DNA of 64,000 nt from a virus. Lineage: Duplodnaviria; Caudoviricetes. The position numbers and the translations under genes are program-made. Shown here one piece after another: positions 8,646-19,321 of this stretch (the first letter of the stretch is position 1; each line of letters opens with the position of its first letter). The stretch lies in the IMG/VR virus record IMGVR_UViG_3300029286_001711. One strand, 5' to 3'. The notes below the pieces were generated by a model. That model saw nothing but the letters and a program-made list of their open reading frames with translations. It did no database searches and was not told the DNA's origin.

Positions 8646-9134
8646 TTAGAATACGTGAATAGCTCTATCGAAACGTAAAGTTCCAGTAATTTCAGCAATT
8701 TCAGAAGTTGAATAATCTAACCCACCAAAGTCAACGTTTGTTAACATTGTACCTTGAAGAATCCATTTTTCAATTACAACACCTGTTGGGTCTAATAATT
8801 CTAATTCAATGTCTTTCTTATAACCAGCTGCATAACCTTGACGACCTGTTACTGATTCAGAGTGAAGACGTACCCACTCCATAATTGCTTGTGCCGCTGA
8901 AGGACCAATTGGGTCACGGAATGTAACGTCAATAGTATCCCAAGTAAAACGACCAATTACCCAAGTTGATGTGTTAAGAAATTGAATTTCTGTTTCCTCT
9001 TGAGAAATTTTAGGTCTTGATGCTGTTTTCACAAACCACTCTTGAATTCCAAGAGGTGAAGGGAATCTAAGTATGAATCGGTTCTGCTTTTTTGGTTCGT
9101 AAGGAACCGGCATCCTCATTAGTAAATCTGCCAT
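8646..9134 (-). CDS. gp19: Tail tube protein (T4 gp19-like)
   Basis: YEPKKQNRFILRF...GRFTWDTIDVTFRDPIGPSAAQAIMEW...YKKDIELELLDPTGVVIEKWILQG...LDY. Confidence 0.9.
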   Translation of the reverse strand: MADLLMRMPVPYEPKKQNRFILRFPSPLGIQEWFVKTASRPKISQEETEIQFLNTSTWVIGRFTWDTIDVTFRDPIGPSAAQAIMEWVRLHSESVTGRQGYAAGYKKDIELELLDPTGVVIEKWILQGTMLTNVDFGGLDYSTSEIAEITGTLRFDRAIHVF

Positions 9135-9201
9135 AGTAATGTCTTTTTGTTTAAGTTGTTATCTTTTTATTATAAATATGCTCTATTTTATTTTTAGCAG
9201 A

Positions 9202-9232
9202 TTGACTGCTAATTTTATTATAAATATCATTG
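9202..9232 (+). promoter_or_regulatory. Bacteroidota-type promoter for clpP
   Basis: TTG(9202-9204)-N20-TATCATTG(9225-9232), one mismatch. Confidence 0.5.
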
Positions 9233-9254
9233 TTTAAACAAAATTTATATAAAC

Positions 9255-9959
9255 ATGTTAAACGAATTCGAAAAATTTGCAATTAAAGACCAAGGGGTTG
9301 GTTCTAACACGTTGCACGCTTACCAAAACTTTATGTCAGAGGTTCCTGTGACAATCCAAGGTAGTATGACTCCCTATGTCTTGGAAGAAAGAGAAATGAG
9401 AGCAACACAAATTGATATCTTTTCTAGATTGATGATGGATAGAATCCTATGGGTTGCTGGTCCAGTAAATGATAGAATGTCTACGGTTGTACAGGCACAA
9501 CTTTTATTCTTAGACCAACAAGACCATAAGAAAACCATTACGATGCATATAGACTCACCTGGTGGGTCTGTGAAGTCAGGTTTGAGTATTGTTGATGTAA
9601 TGGAATACATCAAAGCCCCAATCGCCACCATTAATACTGGTATGGCGGCATCAATGGGTTCAGTTTTATTGGGAGCTGGAACAAAAGGTATGAGAAGTTC
9701 CTTAAGATTCTCAAAAACAATGTTACACCAATCAAGTGGTGGAGCAATGGGTAATATCCAAGACGCCCGTATCACAATGAAAGAATGGGAAAAAACCAAT
9801 GAAATTCTTTTTGAATTATTGGGTGGTTATTGTGGTAAAACTCGTGAACAAGTTGCTGACGATGCTTCACGTGATTTATGGTTATCAGCAGACGACGCTT
9901 TAGCGTATGGAATTATTGATGAAGTTATTAAACCTTTACAAAAAACAATTAAAAAATAA
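9255..9959 (+). CDS. clpP: ATP-dependent Clp protease proteolytic subunit
   Basis: DIFSRLMMDRIL, IDSPGGSV, GMAASMGS (catalytic Ser), TMLHQ (His), RDLWLSADDALAYGIID. Confidence 0.95.
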   Translation: MLNEFEKFAIKDQGVGSNTLHAYQNFMSEVPVTIQGSMTPYVLEEREMRATQIDIFSRLMMDRILWVAGPVNDRMSTVVQAQLLFLDQQDHKKTITMHIDSPGGSVKSGLSIVDVMEYIKAPIATINTGMAASMGSVLLGAGTKGMRSSLRFSKTMLHQSSGGAMGNIQDARITMKEWEKTNEILFELLGGYCGKTREQVADDASRDLWLSADDALAYGIIDEVIKPLQKTIKK

Positions 9960-9963
9960 TAAG

Positions 9964-10425
9964 ATGAAAAAATTTTTAGCATTAATAGTAGGGGTTCTAT
10001 TCTTAACTTCTTGTAGTAACAACTATTCAAACGGTGAACGTATTGGAACAGTAAACAAACTTGCCAAGAAAGGTCTTATTTGGGATACATGGGAAGGTCA
10101 CCTTAACATTACCCAAACAGGAATGACCTCAACAGATAGTTGGGATTTTTCGATTGATAATGATAACGAACCAGATGGGTTGGTGGCACAATTGGATAGT
10201 GCGGCTGAATACGGTTGGAAAGTTAAACTTACATATACTCAAGTGTCTGGATGGAATTGGCTTGGTAATCGTGGTGAGACGGATTATTTTGTTAATAAAA
10301 TGGAAGTTCTTGAGAAAAATTTTGGAAACACCTTTAACGGTAAATCAGAAAATCCAAAAGAAGTTACTGGAAAAGTTATTGACACAATATATGTTGTCAT
10401 AGTGGATAAGAGTAGATTAAAATAA
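9964..10425 (+). CDS. Lipoprotein
   Basis: Start revised to ATG 9964; MKKFLALIVGVLFLTS-C signal peptide with lipobox; YSNGERIGTVNKLAKKGLIWDTWEG. Confidence 0.8.
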   Translation: MKKFLALIVGVLFLTSCSNNYSNGERIGTVNKLAKKGLIWDTWEGHLNITQTGMTSTDSWDFSIDNDNEPDGLVAQLDSAAEYGWKVKLTYTQVSGWNWLGNRGETDYFVNKMEVLEKNFGNTFNGKSENPKEVTGKVIDTIYVVIVDKSRLK

Positions 10426-10448
10426 AGACGTTCGACACGTTATAAAAC

Positions 10449-10480
10449 AAAAAACCCTAACAGTAATGTTAGGGTTTTTT
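10449..10480. terminator. Bidirectional terminator
   Basis: AAAAAACCCTAACA-GTAA-TGTTAGGGTTTTTT, 14-bp perfect inverted repeat. Confidence 0.9.
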
Positions 10481-10497
10481 TATATCTAATAATTTAA

Positions 10498-11124
10498 TTA
10501 TCCACCTACTACTCCACCTGGTCCACCAAGTTTAGAACCTAGACGTTTAAATTCTTTTTCTTCATCGTTCCATTCAGCGTTTTTACCGTTACCAGCAAGG
10601 ATAGGAAGACCAGCGTTAGCTTTCATAAATTTCATAACAGCGTTTTTGAAATCTTGAACATCACCGTTAGCATATGCTTTTGACATCTTTTCAGCGTTTT
10701 TAACATAAACTTGGTTCCAAGCTTGTTCAGCTTTCTTTTGGTCCCATCTGTGACCCATCCATTTCATAAGTTTGTCCCACATTTCACCAACACCCTCGTT
10801 CATTAATTCTTTGCTATAGTGTTCTCTAACCATTTTGGCTTTGTTTGAATGGGTTGCTTTAGCTGAAGACATATGTTTTTTTGCGTCAGCTGCTTGAGGT
10901 AATTTCTTTTGAAGTTTTCCTGCCGCAGGAACCCCTTCACCTTTTTCTACCATCTTACCTGACATCTTATTTTTAATGTGTTTTTTTGCCTCAGCACCTT
11001 GTGAAGGGATGTGGTTCTTAACTGGAGCCTTCTTATTGTTAATTGAAGCTGCCTCCATAACAAAGTTCTCAACTACTCTTTCAAGTTGTTCTTTGTTGAT
11101 TCTATATCTTTTTACAGTTGCCAT
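10498..11124 (-). CDS. Basic hypothetical protein, probable head-internal
   Basis: Leader-like N-terminus (..NFVME|A); internal repeat PSQGAEAKKH / PQAADAKKH. Confidence 0.75.
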   Translation of the reverse strand: MATVKRYRINKEQLERVVENFVMEAASINNKKAPVKNHIPSQGAEAKKHIKNKMSGKMVEKGEGVPAAGKLQKKLPQAADAKKHMSSAKATHSNKAKMVREHYSKELMNEGVGEMWDKLMKWMGHRWDQKKAEQAWNQVYVKNAEKMSKAYANGDVQDFKNAVMKFMKANAGLPILAGNGKNAEWNDEEKEFKRLGSKLGGPGGVVGG

Positions 11125-11131
11125 TTTTGTT

Positions 11132-11320
11132 TTAGTATTTGTATTTGAAGTTAGTAAGCTTATTAAATTGAGCTAATTCTTTCTTAAAATCTTCAGTAAG
11201 AACTTCAGCTTTAACCTTTGATTCTGTAACAACCTTTTTTTTAGGAGTTTCAATGCCTGCCTTTTTAAGGGTACTTTCAATAAGTACATCAAGGTCTTTC
11301 TTTTTAACAATTTTTGACAT
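11132..11320 (-). CDS. Small prohead-core-like protein
   Basis: 62 aa with several (L/V)xE motifs (LIES, VTES, LTED); late motif at 11335-11342. Confidence 0.7.
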   Translation of the reverse strand: MSKIVKKKDLDVLIESTLKKAGIETPKKKVVTESKVKAEVLTEDFKKELAQFNKLTNFKYKY

Positions 11321-11355
11321 GTTTTTTGTTTTTATATAAATATGTTTATATTAGT

Positions 11356-11385
11356 AAAAGAACCTATTTTTACATAGGTTCTTTT
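11356..11385 (-). terminator. Terminator after tail sheath gene
   Basis: AAAAGAACCTAT-N6-ATAGGTTCTTTT inverted repeat. Confidence 0.85.
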
Positions 11386-11394
11386 TATAATTTA

Positions 11395-14164
11395 TTAGAT
11401 ATTATCAAATGATGCTCCAGTTGTAGTTACGTTGAACTCGATAATAATGAATTCTAATGATGGGATAGGTTTTAAGAAAATCTTACCTCTCATTTCATTT
11501 CTATCGATTTCTTCTGGGTCGTTAGATAATTGTACCCTAAAGTCTGCTAAACCTCTTTCTTTTCTGATATTATCCAAGATTGGGTTTACTAAGTTCAAGA
11601 ATTGATTTCTAACGATTTGGTCATTTTGTTCGAATAACAATCTAACACCAACTGCTGTAATTAATTTACGAGCTTGTAATAATAATCTTCTGATATTTAA
11701 TCTGTCAAGAACAGAATCTTTAACCTGTAAGTTTTTATTACCCCAAATTACAACACCCACATCTGAGAAAGTTGCCATTGGATTAACACGTCCTTCATAT
11801 AAAGTATCTCTATCATCTTCAGTTAATTTAATTCTAGCTTGAATAGCGTTTGTAAGACCTCTATTGTAACCAGCTACTGCGTACCAAGGGAAAGCGACAT
11901 TATCGGTTAATGCAATATTCTTACAAACTTCTAATGTTGGTGGTAACCAAATGTTAACAGTATTTTCAGTGTCTCTTTTCTTGTACCCAAGGCCAGTATG
12001 TGGCTGTGTAGTTAGAATCAATATCCGCTGCGTCTAATAAATTAACAAGTGCATCTGCCGTATCAATTGATACAGAATTAAATCCAATACCCACTAATTG
12101 GTCAGCGGTATCATAAGTAACATTCTCAGGAGAAGTTACAATATAAACTGAGTCAGCTCTTTCTTCTTCGATTAAATCGATTGTTTCTTGAACAAGATAG
12201 TTGTTATCAGTATAGTCAATCCCAGGAGATGCGAACACGTTAATGTTAACCGCTTCAGGGTTTTTAAATGTATTGATAGCGTTCCAATAAGCGTATAAAT
12301 CGGATGTACCGTCTTGTGGCCCTAATTGGATAAATTGTCCTTGTGCTACACCAGTTGTGAAACCAACTTTACCAACTCTATATCTATCAGTATTAGTCCT
12401 ACTTCTTCTGTAACAATCCCAACCATCAAATCCAAGATACGGAACGAAAGTGAATTTTCTTGCTGAAATACTTTCATAATCAGTACCTTCGATACCCACA
12501 CCATCTCTGAATTGGTAAAGACCACATTCAAAATTACCAGCTACAGTAGCTCCACTATCCATGTGGAAACCTTTAGTTGTTGCTGTCCAATAGTTATCAC
12601 CGTTCGTTAAACCTTTCCAGTTAAACATATCTTCGTCGATACCTAAAGTATCAGTAATACCAAGGTATACCTTTTTAATTCTTTCATTCTCAGGGAAGTA
12701 TTGAATCTTATAGTCAATCATCGGAGCTAATGCAGTACCGTTAGTACCTACATAATTACTTACGATATAACCTTCAAAACCAGCTGTGAAAGCGTCAATT
12801 GGTGCGTTAGCGTTCATAACCAACATTACGAATCTACTGTTTAATACGTTTTCTCCATCAGCGGTACCGATTCTTCTTGCAACATAGTTGTTTGAAGATG
12901 GGTCCATGTTACACTTAGGGTAACTTTCGAGGATAGACGGTCTTGCGTCAGTATCATTCCATTGTCTAATAATAATATCAAACTCTTTTGTATCTGGCTT
13001 AATATTTTGAATAGAGATTTTTATTTCTTGATTTGCTGATGAACCATCAGAAATTGAAATAAATTTAAATAATTTAACAACAACATTACCTCGTAATTCA
13101 GATACAACCCAAGGTGTTTCTGGTGTTTGATATTGTTGTTTATAGTTACTATTATATGGTATATAAATTAAATCTTCTTTTAAACCCATAATGTAACCGT
13201 TATCAATTAAATCTTGTGTGTTGTTAGTATAAATTTCATCAACATAAACTAAACTACCTCTATCGTGACAATCAACACCTAATACTCCAGGTATGTAATT
13301 TCTACTTGTTTTATCAAGAGATACATCATATGTGAAAGTACTACCAGTTAAACCTACTGAGGATGCTGATAATACAAATTGTCCTAAAGGATTTGTTAAT
13401 GCTCCTGTCATATTAGCAACTAAACCATTAATCGATTGGTCTGTACTCCAATTTAGGATATCACTAATATATCTACCTCTAGATCTTAAAACCGCTAATA
13501 CCATACCTTCATATGCTGTATAAGCACTTGCAATGTAAGTTGTAACAGTACCAGAAATAGTACCACTTAATCCAGATAAATTTGAAAGAAGTACCGTTGC
13601 TGAAACACCAGTAAATGAACCAGCTTGTTTACTGAAAACAATACCTTGTGGGTATGTTACCGAAACACCTGGTACGTTAGCTGTTGTTAATGTTGGACCA
13701 TTAGGAAATAAACCTAATGTGTATAAATATTGTGCGTTAATATTTGTGATATTCGCGTAAGTACTACCAGTAAAATCAGCAGTAAATAAGGTTGTAACAC
13801 CAGTAATAATTGTTGTTGGGTCGTAACCAGCTTCAGAAACTACTGCCCAAGCATCACCAGCGTCAAAACCAGTTAATCCTAGAGTTCTAGTTACGAATAA
13901 TTGATTTGATTCGGTTAAATAACTTTTTGCAATATAAGATGTCTCATATTTTGGTTTACCGTTATCAAATTTTTCTGGATTTAAACCACCGAAAATTGTT
14001 AAATATTCATTATAATTTGTAATGAATATTGGTTCGAAAGCTGGTCCTTTGACAGTCTCACCTGCGAGACCCAATGTAGTTACACCAACTTGTTGTGCTA
14101 CAAAGGTTAAATCTTTTTCTGATGTAAATACACCTGGTGATACAAATACTTTTTGTGAAGCCAT
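11395..14164 (-). CDS. gp18: Tail sheath protein (T4 gp18-like), split by a single-base frame break at ~11976-11979
   Basis: N-terminus SPGVFTSEKDLT; C-terminal part WYAVAGYNRG, RVNPMATF, VIWGNKNLQ, LDRLNIRRLL, EQND. Removing one A joins YWPWVQ-E-RDTEN into ~922 aa. Confidence 0.9.
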
Positions 14165-14260
14165 TATTGTTTTTATTTTTTAAAGAGTTATTTTCTTTTT
14201 ATTATAAATATTAGCTTCTTTTTCAAAAGTTTTTTAAAGTAAAGAATAAATCTGTATTAG

Positions 14261-14294
14261 TATGACTAGTGTAATACTTTTATATGACTAGTGT
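14261..14294 (+). repeat. Two 12-bp direct repeats TATGACTAGTGT (22-bp period), candidate operator
   Basis: Identical copies at 14261-14272 and 14283-14294, each with the palindrome ACTAGT; abuts the late motif at 14297. Confidence 0.8.
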
Positions 14295-14313
14295 GATATT
14301 TATGTAATAATAT

Positions 14314-14496
14314 ATGTTAAAAAGAGATAAAAATATTAAGATAACTACCACGACACACGAGTTATTAAAAAACTATTGTGAAGATAATGGTTTAAGAATG
14401 TTTGCTTTTGTAGAAAAATTAATTCGTGAGGGTTGTAAAGAAAAAACAAATACTGTTAAAATAAAAAAAGATATCTACGGTGACGAACTATCTTAA
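14314..14496 (+). CDS. Small ribbon-helix-helix-like DNA-binding protein
   Basis: KNIKITTTTHELLKNYCEDNGLRMFAFVEKLIRE fits the beta-strand/helix/helix RHH pattern. Confidence 0.65.
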   Translation: MLKRDKNIKITTTTHELLKNYCEDNGLRMFAFVEKLIREGCKEKTNTVKIKKDIYGDELS

Positions 14497-14644
14497 GTCT
14501 ACCAGTACCACAATTAATAATATTTCCGTCTACAGTTAAATCACCCGTTATGTTTAAAGTTGAGGCAGAAAGTATTTGTTGTGCTCCAGATGGTTCAACA
14601 ATAAAAATTTTAGTTATATCACTATTTCCACAAAAATCTGTCAT
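14456..14644 (-). CDS. Short structural-type ORF, possibly truncated
   Basis: TAATG-coupled to the upstream gene; N-terminal 48 aa look like tail-fibre-type sequence; the last 14 aa are antisense to the RHH gene. Confidence 0.5.
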   Translation of the reverse strand: MTDFCGNSDITKIFIVEPSGAQQILSASTLNITGDLTVDGNIINCGTGRLKIVRHRRYLFLF

Positions 14645-15684
14645 TATAATGGTACTGTTCCTCTTAGTATTAACTCAGATAACTGAGTAGAATTAGTTCT
14701 TACTATACTTATGCTAATCATGTCCGTTTCGGTAACAGAAAATGGTACCGAAGTTGGGATTGAGTTAATATAGAATGTGATTGATGAAATGTTATTCGTA
14801 TCAATAGATGTAAAACTAGCTACTGAATCAGATTGAAATGTTATAGTCGTTGGTGAACTAGGTAGAAATTGTATGATAAAACTTACGGTCTTATCATTTT
14901 TAGTTTCATCTTTAATTTTATTAACGACAACTTTAGGCTTTTTAGATTCAACCTCATAAGAAAGTATTGCTCTTTCTAGACCTGGTTTAATCTCAAATTC
15001 ATCCTCATCTAAAATATATGCCGCCATTCTTAATTCGTATGTTTGAACATAATATCGTTTACCCTCAATATCATCTATTGTTGATTCGTCACCAATACTT
15101 TCTAGATAAATAGGGAAGTAATGACCCTTTATATTGACATATGCTTGTGCTGAAGCGAAAGTTGTTAAAACCTTTTGGTTTAACTTATTTAATTCATTCA
15201 TTCTGAAGGTGAAAAATCTGATAGTATATGTTAAATCAACTCCAACGGGTTGTGGTATCATATAAACATCTGAACCTTTCTTATTACCATCCCAAGTTGG
15301 AATAGTCATATAGGGAAAAGTTTTTCTAACTGGTATTTTAAAATCAGCTGGATTAGTACCTGGTTGTGCATCTGGTTTTCTAACTACAGATACAAAAGGT
15401 ATTTTAATATTTTTATACTTATCGGAATTTTGCCAAGTTCTTGTGAATTCAGCCCATCTTTGTGCTGTTAAAAAAGTTACTGGAACTTTATTGTCGTCTA
15501 TAACAATACCTAAATCATTACCAACCCAATCAACAAATCCATTATCTAAATCAGCGTGGTCTACACCACGTGGTAAGTTAGCCTTATTTTGGTCATGATA
15601 ATCATCAATATATTTTTTAGGTCCCCCATCAAGAGCAACCCTTTTAACATTTAAATCTTTTTTATATTTCTTAGGTAAAGCCAT
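14644..15684 (-). CDS. Conserved virion protein, tail completion/terminator (gp15-like) candidate
   Basis: 346 aa upstream of sheath; IPFVSVVR, PQPVGVDLTYTI motifs; assignment from synteny. Confidence 0.5.
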   Translation of the reverse strand: MALPKKYKKDLNVKRVALDGGPKKYIDDYHDQNKANLPRGVDHADLDNGFVDWVGNDLGIVIDDNKVPVTFLTAQRWAEFTRTWQNSDKYKNIKIPFVSVVRKPDAQPGTNPADFKIPVRKTFPYMTIPTWDGNKKGSDVYMIPQPVGVDLTYTIRFFTFRMNELNKLNQKVLTTFASAQAYVNIKGHYFPIYLESIGDESTIDDIEGKRYYVQTYELRMAAYILDEDEFEIKPGLERAILSYEVESKKPKVVVNKIKDETKNDKTVSFIIQFLPSSPTTITFQSDSVASFTSIDTNNISSITFYINSIPTSVPFSVTETDMISISIVRTNSTQLSELILRGTVPL

Positions 15685-15687
15685 TTA

Positions 15688-16206
15688 TTAATAATTTGGT
15701 AAAAACTCGTTAGCGTCAGCTGTAATACAGGTGATTGTTCTATAATACCCCTTATACCCAATTCTTGTATGTGCGTTATCTGAAAATATCTTACCATCAT
15801 TGTTAACTGTAAAATATTTTATATTATCTTCTCTATCGGAATAACCGATATAATCACCGTAACTAATTTCAGCACTTAATTCTTCTAATTGTTCTTGAAA
15901 AATATGGAATTTAAATTGGCCGTAATCCAGATACCTATTCATACCTTCAGAATAGGTTTTATTCTCAGCCTCATCTAAGGCTAGTTTAACTCTTAATTCT
16001 TTAGGTGCTTTAAATCTAATTTCATTTGTTTTAGCTTCTCCATAAACATCATCAGTTTGTGTTTCTTTCCTATCTACTTGAAATAAAACAACCACTATGT
16101 TTAAGTCACCCTCGACATATTCACGAGACATTTCGTTTTCAATACCGAAATCAATCTCATCAAAAAATTTGCCCATCCTATTTATAGGGAATTTACGCTT
16201 AACCAT
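15688..16206 (-). CDS. Neck / head-closure protein (gp14-like) candidate
   Basis: ATG at 16206; TDDVYGEAK, ISYGDYIGY motifs; late motif at 16224-16231; synteny. Confidence 0.5.
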   Translation of the reverse strand: MVKRKFPINRMGKFFDEIDFGIENEMSREYVEGDLNIVVVLFQVDRKETQTDDVYGEAKTNEIRFKAPKELRVKLALDEAENKTYSEGMNRYLDYGQFKFHIFQEQLEELSAEISYGDYIGYSDREDNIKYFTVNNDGKIFSDNAHTRIGYKGYYRTITCITADANEFLPNY

Positions 16207-16290
16207 ATGCACACTTATATTTTAATAAATATTTGAATATGTACCATTTTCTTTATTTTCCACAGTCAAACACTATATTTATTTTGTCAT

Positions 16291-18132
16291 ATGGTGGATC
16301 TAACCAAATTAAAGAATAAAACGACATTAGATAGAATTCGAACCTACGAAGGAACTAATGAACATATCTTAAAAATGAAGAAAAAATTAGATATGGATGG
16401 GTTTTTCTTGCTCACACCTAGTCAAATAAGTTACATTGAAGAAAATTTTGAAAGAGAACCAATTGATATCAATAAAGTTGTTGATATAGCACCATACTTA
16501 GGTGAACAACTAAAAGAAAAATACAAATTAAAAAACGTTCCAGAACGTGTTTTCATAGAAAAACTCTTAGCTGAGAGTGATAAATCATATCATATTAGAG
16601 GTAAGTTATATAAAAACCAAAAAGAATCAGCATTATACTATCTCCCAAAAACACAAGTACATACAGACTTATTTGAAGAGAACCTAGATGATGTTACAAT
16701 AGATTTTGAAAAATACATAGAACTAGATAAGAAAAATAGGGTACCGTTTAAACATCAAGAATCGGGTATTAAATTTTTATATAAGAAAAACAAATGTATT
16801 TTAGCTGATGATATGGGTTTGGGTAAAACCTTTATGTCAATTGTGTCGGCTCTAGAAGTTAAAGCTGAGAAAGTATTAGTTATCTGTCCAGCAAACGCTA
16901 AAATTAATTGGAAACGTGAGATTATGAATTTTGTTGATGAAGATGAAATTTCTATAATCAAATCTGGACATTGGGACCCTAAAAGGTTCACTATCATTAA
17001 TTACGATATATTAAATAAATTCCATACATTAATTGACGGTAGAAAAAAATATAAGGACTATGAAATTAAAAGATTTCTAGTTGATGAGGGATTTGATTTA
17101 TTAATATTAGATGAGGCTCATTATGTTAAAAACCCAAAAGCAGATAGAACTAAAATTGTAAATGAGATTGCTAAACCAATTAAAAGAAGGTGGTTATTAA
17201 CTGGAACACCAATAGCTAATCGTCCAATGGATTATTATAATTTACTACACCTTTGTGATTCCCCTGTAACATCAAATTGGCAATTCTTCGCTTTTCGTTA
17301 TTGTGCGGCAAAAAAATTCAGGAAAAAAACTAAATTAGGTAAGGAGAGAATTATTTGGATTACTGACGGTGCTTCAAATTTAGAAGAGTTACATAAAAGA
17401 ACTACAAATTTGGTTTTAAGAAGAAAGAAAGAAGATCATCTAGATTTACCACCTAAAATTATATCACCTTATTATGTTGAGGTTGATGATAGAAAAAGAT
17501 ATGAATCTGTTTTCGAAGAATATCTTGAATGGGCAAAAAGTGAGGGTAAGAATCTTGGTGCTGGTAGACATATGGTTGAATTAGTGGTTTTACGTAAATT
17601 TTTAGCTATGGAGATGGTTCAACATACAGTCGAATTAGCTGAAAAGGCTATAGAAGAAGGTCATAAAGTTATTATTTTTACCTGTTTCACGGATTCACTT
17701 CTAGAATTAAAACGTAGACTTGGTGATATTGCCGTATGCCATCACGGCCCAATGAATGAAAAAGAAAAACAAAAATCTATTGACTCTTTCCAGGGAGATG
17801 ACAGAATAAAAGTATTCATAGGTAACATAATTTCAGCTGGTTCAGCTATTACACTAACCGCAGCTTCAGAAGTTATCATGAATGATTTAGATTTCGTACC
17901 CGCTAATCATAGTCAAGCAGAAGATAGATGTTACCGTATTGGACAAGATAAAACAGTAAATGTTTACTATCCATTATTTGAGAACACAGTACAAACTATG
18001 ATATTCGATACCCTCCAAAGAAAACGTGGAATTATCAATACTGTTATGGGTGAAGAACACCAAGAAATGGATATTATGACAGATTTCATGGATTTAATAA
18101 AAACTTCCGTTAAGAAACACAACTTTATCTAA
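16291..18132 (+). CDS. SNF2-family (SMARCAL1/HARP-like) helicase
   Basis: LADDMGLGKT, ILDEAHY, LTGTPIANRP, AITLTAAS, QAEDRCYRIGQ. Confidence 0.9.
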   Translation: MVDLTKLKNKTTLDRIRTYEGTNEHILKMKKKLDMDGFFLLTPSQISYIEENFEREPIDINKVVDIAPYLGEQLKEKYKLKNVPERVFIEKLLAESDKSYHIRGKLYKNQKESALYYLPKTQVHTDLFEENLDDVTIDFEKYIELDKKNRVPFKHQESGIKFLYKKNKCILADDMGLGKTFMSIVSALEVKAEKVLVICPANAKINWKREIMNFVDEDEISIIKSGHWDPKRFTIINYDILNKFHTLIDGRKKYKDYEIKRFLVDEGFDLLILDEAHYVKNPKADRTKIVNEIAKPIKRRWLLTGTPIANRPMDYYNLLHLCDSPVTSNWQFFAFRYCAAKKFRKKTKLGKERIIWITDGASNLEELHKRTTNLVLRRKKEDHLDLPPKIISPYYVEVDDRKRYESVFEEYLEWAKSEGKNLGAGRHMVELVVLRKFLAMEMVQHTVELAEKAIEEGHKVIIFTCFTDSLLELKRRLGDIAVCHHGPMNEKEKQKSIDSFQGDDRIKVFIGNIISAGSAITLTAASEVIMNDLDFVPANHSQAEDRCYRIGQDKTVNVYYPLFENTVQTMIFDTLQRKRGIINTVMGEEHQEMDIMTDFMDLIKTSVKKHNFI

Positions 18133-18183
18133 TGATGTTCTAAACATTAACTATTCGGCGATATTTATGAATAAAAGTCGAAC

Positions 18184-19320
18184 ATGTCACTTGTTATAGA
18201 AGAAGCGGAAAAACAGAAAGTATTTCGTCAAGTTAAACATAGATTAGGAGCACCACTCAGGAAAGTTGAGTTGGATGACGAACAAATGTGCACCCTATTA
18301 GAAATCGCTGTTGAAGATCATTCGTCTTATATAAACGAATGGTTAATTGAAACTCAATGGTCATCTTTAGATGGTATCAATTTAGATACTGCAGATTTAA
18401 CCAAAGCTTTAACAACTAGAGGTTTAGGTTATGAAGATTCATTTACATATGCCTATTCAAAAATTGTTGGTCTACAAGCTCGTGGACCTTGGGAACTTAA
18501 ACAAGATTTTGTTTCATTAAGAAACGGTCAACAAACATATTCTATCCCAGCTGGTAGAGAGTTAAATGAGGTATTATATTATCAACCACCAACTGTAGAT
18601 TTAGCATTATTTTCTAGTAATGGATTTGGTGGGGGTTATGGTGGTTTTGCTGCCGGTTTCGGTGGCGCTCAATTTGCCGGCGGTGGATTTGGTTATGGTG
18701 GTTCTTATTTAACCACATCTTTTGATATTGTATTAAGAAACGCTGACTATAATTTAAAACAAAGATTAATAAGTTCAGATTTAATTTATAGGTTAACCGC
18801 TGGCCCAAACGGGACTAGATTACTTCACCTAATTCCAACTCCAGGTAGTAGAGTTGCTTTTGGTGGAATAGGGTTAAACGGTCAGTCTGTTAACAACGCT
18901 AGAGTATGGTATTGGTATTACGAAACCACATCTGACGAAGAAAGACAAAGATGTTTAAACGCAAATAAAGATATTGTTAAATTACCATCTGACGTTCCTG
19001 TCGATGTAGTTAATTTTAGTGAATTAAATACACCATCTAAACAATGGGTAAGAGATTACTTTACTGCTTTATGTAAAGAAACTTTAGGTAGGGTTCGTGG
19101 TAAATTTGGTGGTGTACTAGGTGTTACTGACGCTGAAGTAACTATGGATTATGAATCACTATTAAGTGAATCAAAAGAAGATAGAGTAGCTCTAATGGAG
19201 AGACTAAATGAGAGATTAGAAAGATTAAGACCAGAAGCTATGTTAACACGTAAAGCTACTGAAGCTGAAATGTTAAATAAAGCATTACAATATAGACCAT
19301 TAGGTATTACAGTAATATAA
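18184..19320 (+). CDS. Neck protein (T4 gp13-like)
   Basis: VKHRLGAPLRKVELDDEQMCTLLEIA; LGRVRGKFGG..; late motif at 18162-18169. Confidence 0.7.
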   Translation: MSLVIEEAEKQKVFRQVKHRLGAPLRKVELDDEQMCTLLEIAVEDHSSYINEWLIETQWSSLDGINLDTADLTKALTTRGLGYEDSFTYAYSKIVGLQARGPWELKQDFVSLRNGQQTYSIPAGRELNEVLYYQPPTVDLALFSSNGFGGGYGGFAAGFGGAQFAGGGFGYGGSYLTTSFDIVLRNADYNLKQRLISSDLIYRLTAGPNGTRLLHLIPTPGSRVAFGGIGLNGQSVNNARVWYWYYETTSDEERQRCLNANKDIVKLPSDVPVDVVNFSELNTPSKQWVRDYFTALCKETLGRVRGKFGGVLGVTDAEVTMDYESLLSESKEDRVALMERLNERLERLRPEAMLTRKATEAEMLNKALQYRPLGITVI

Positions 19321-19321
19321 T

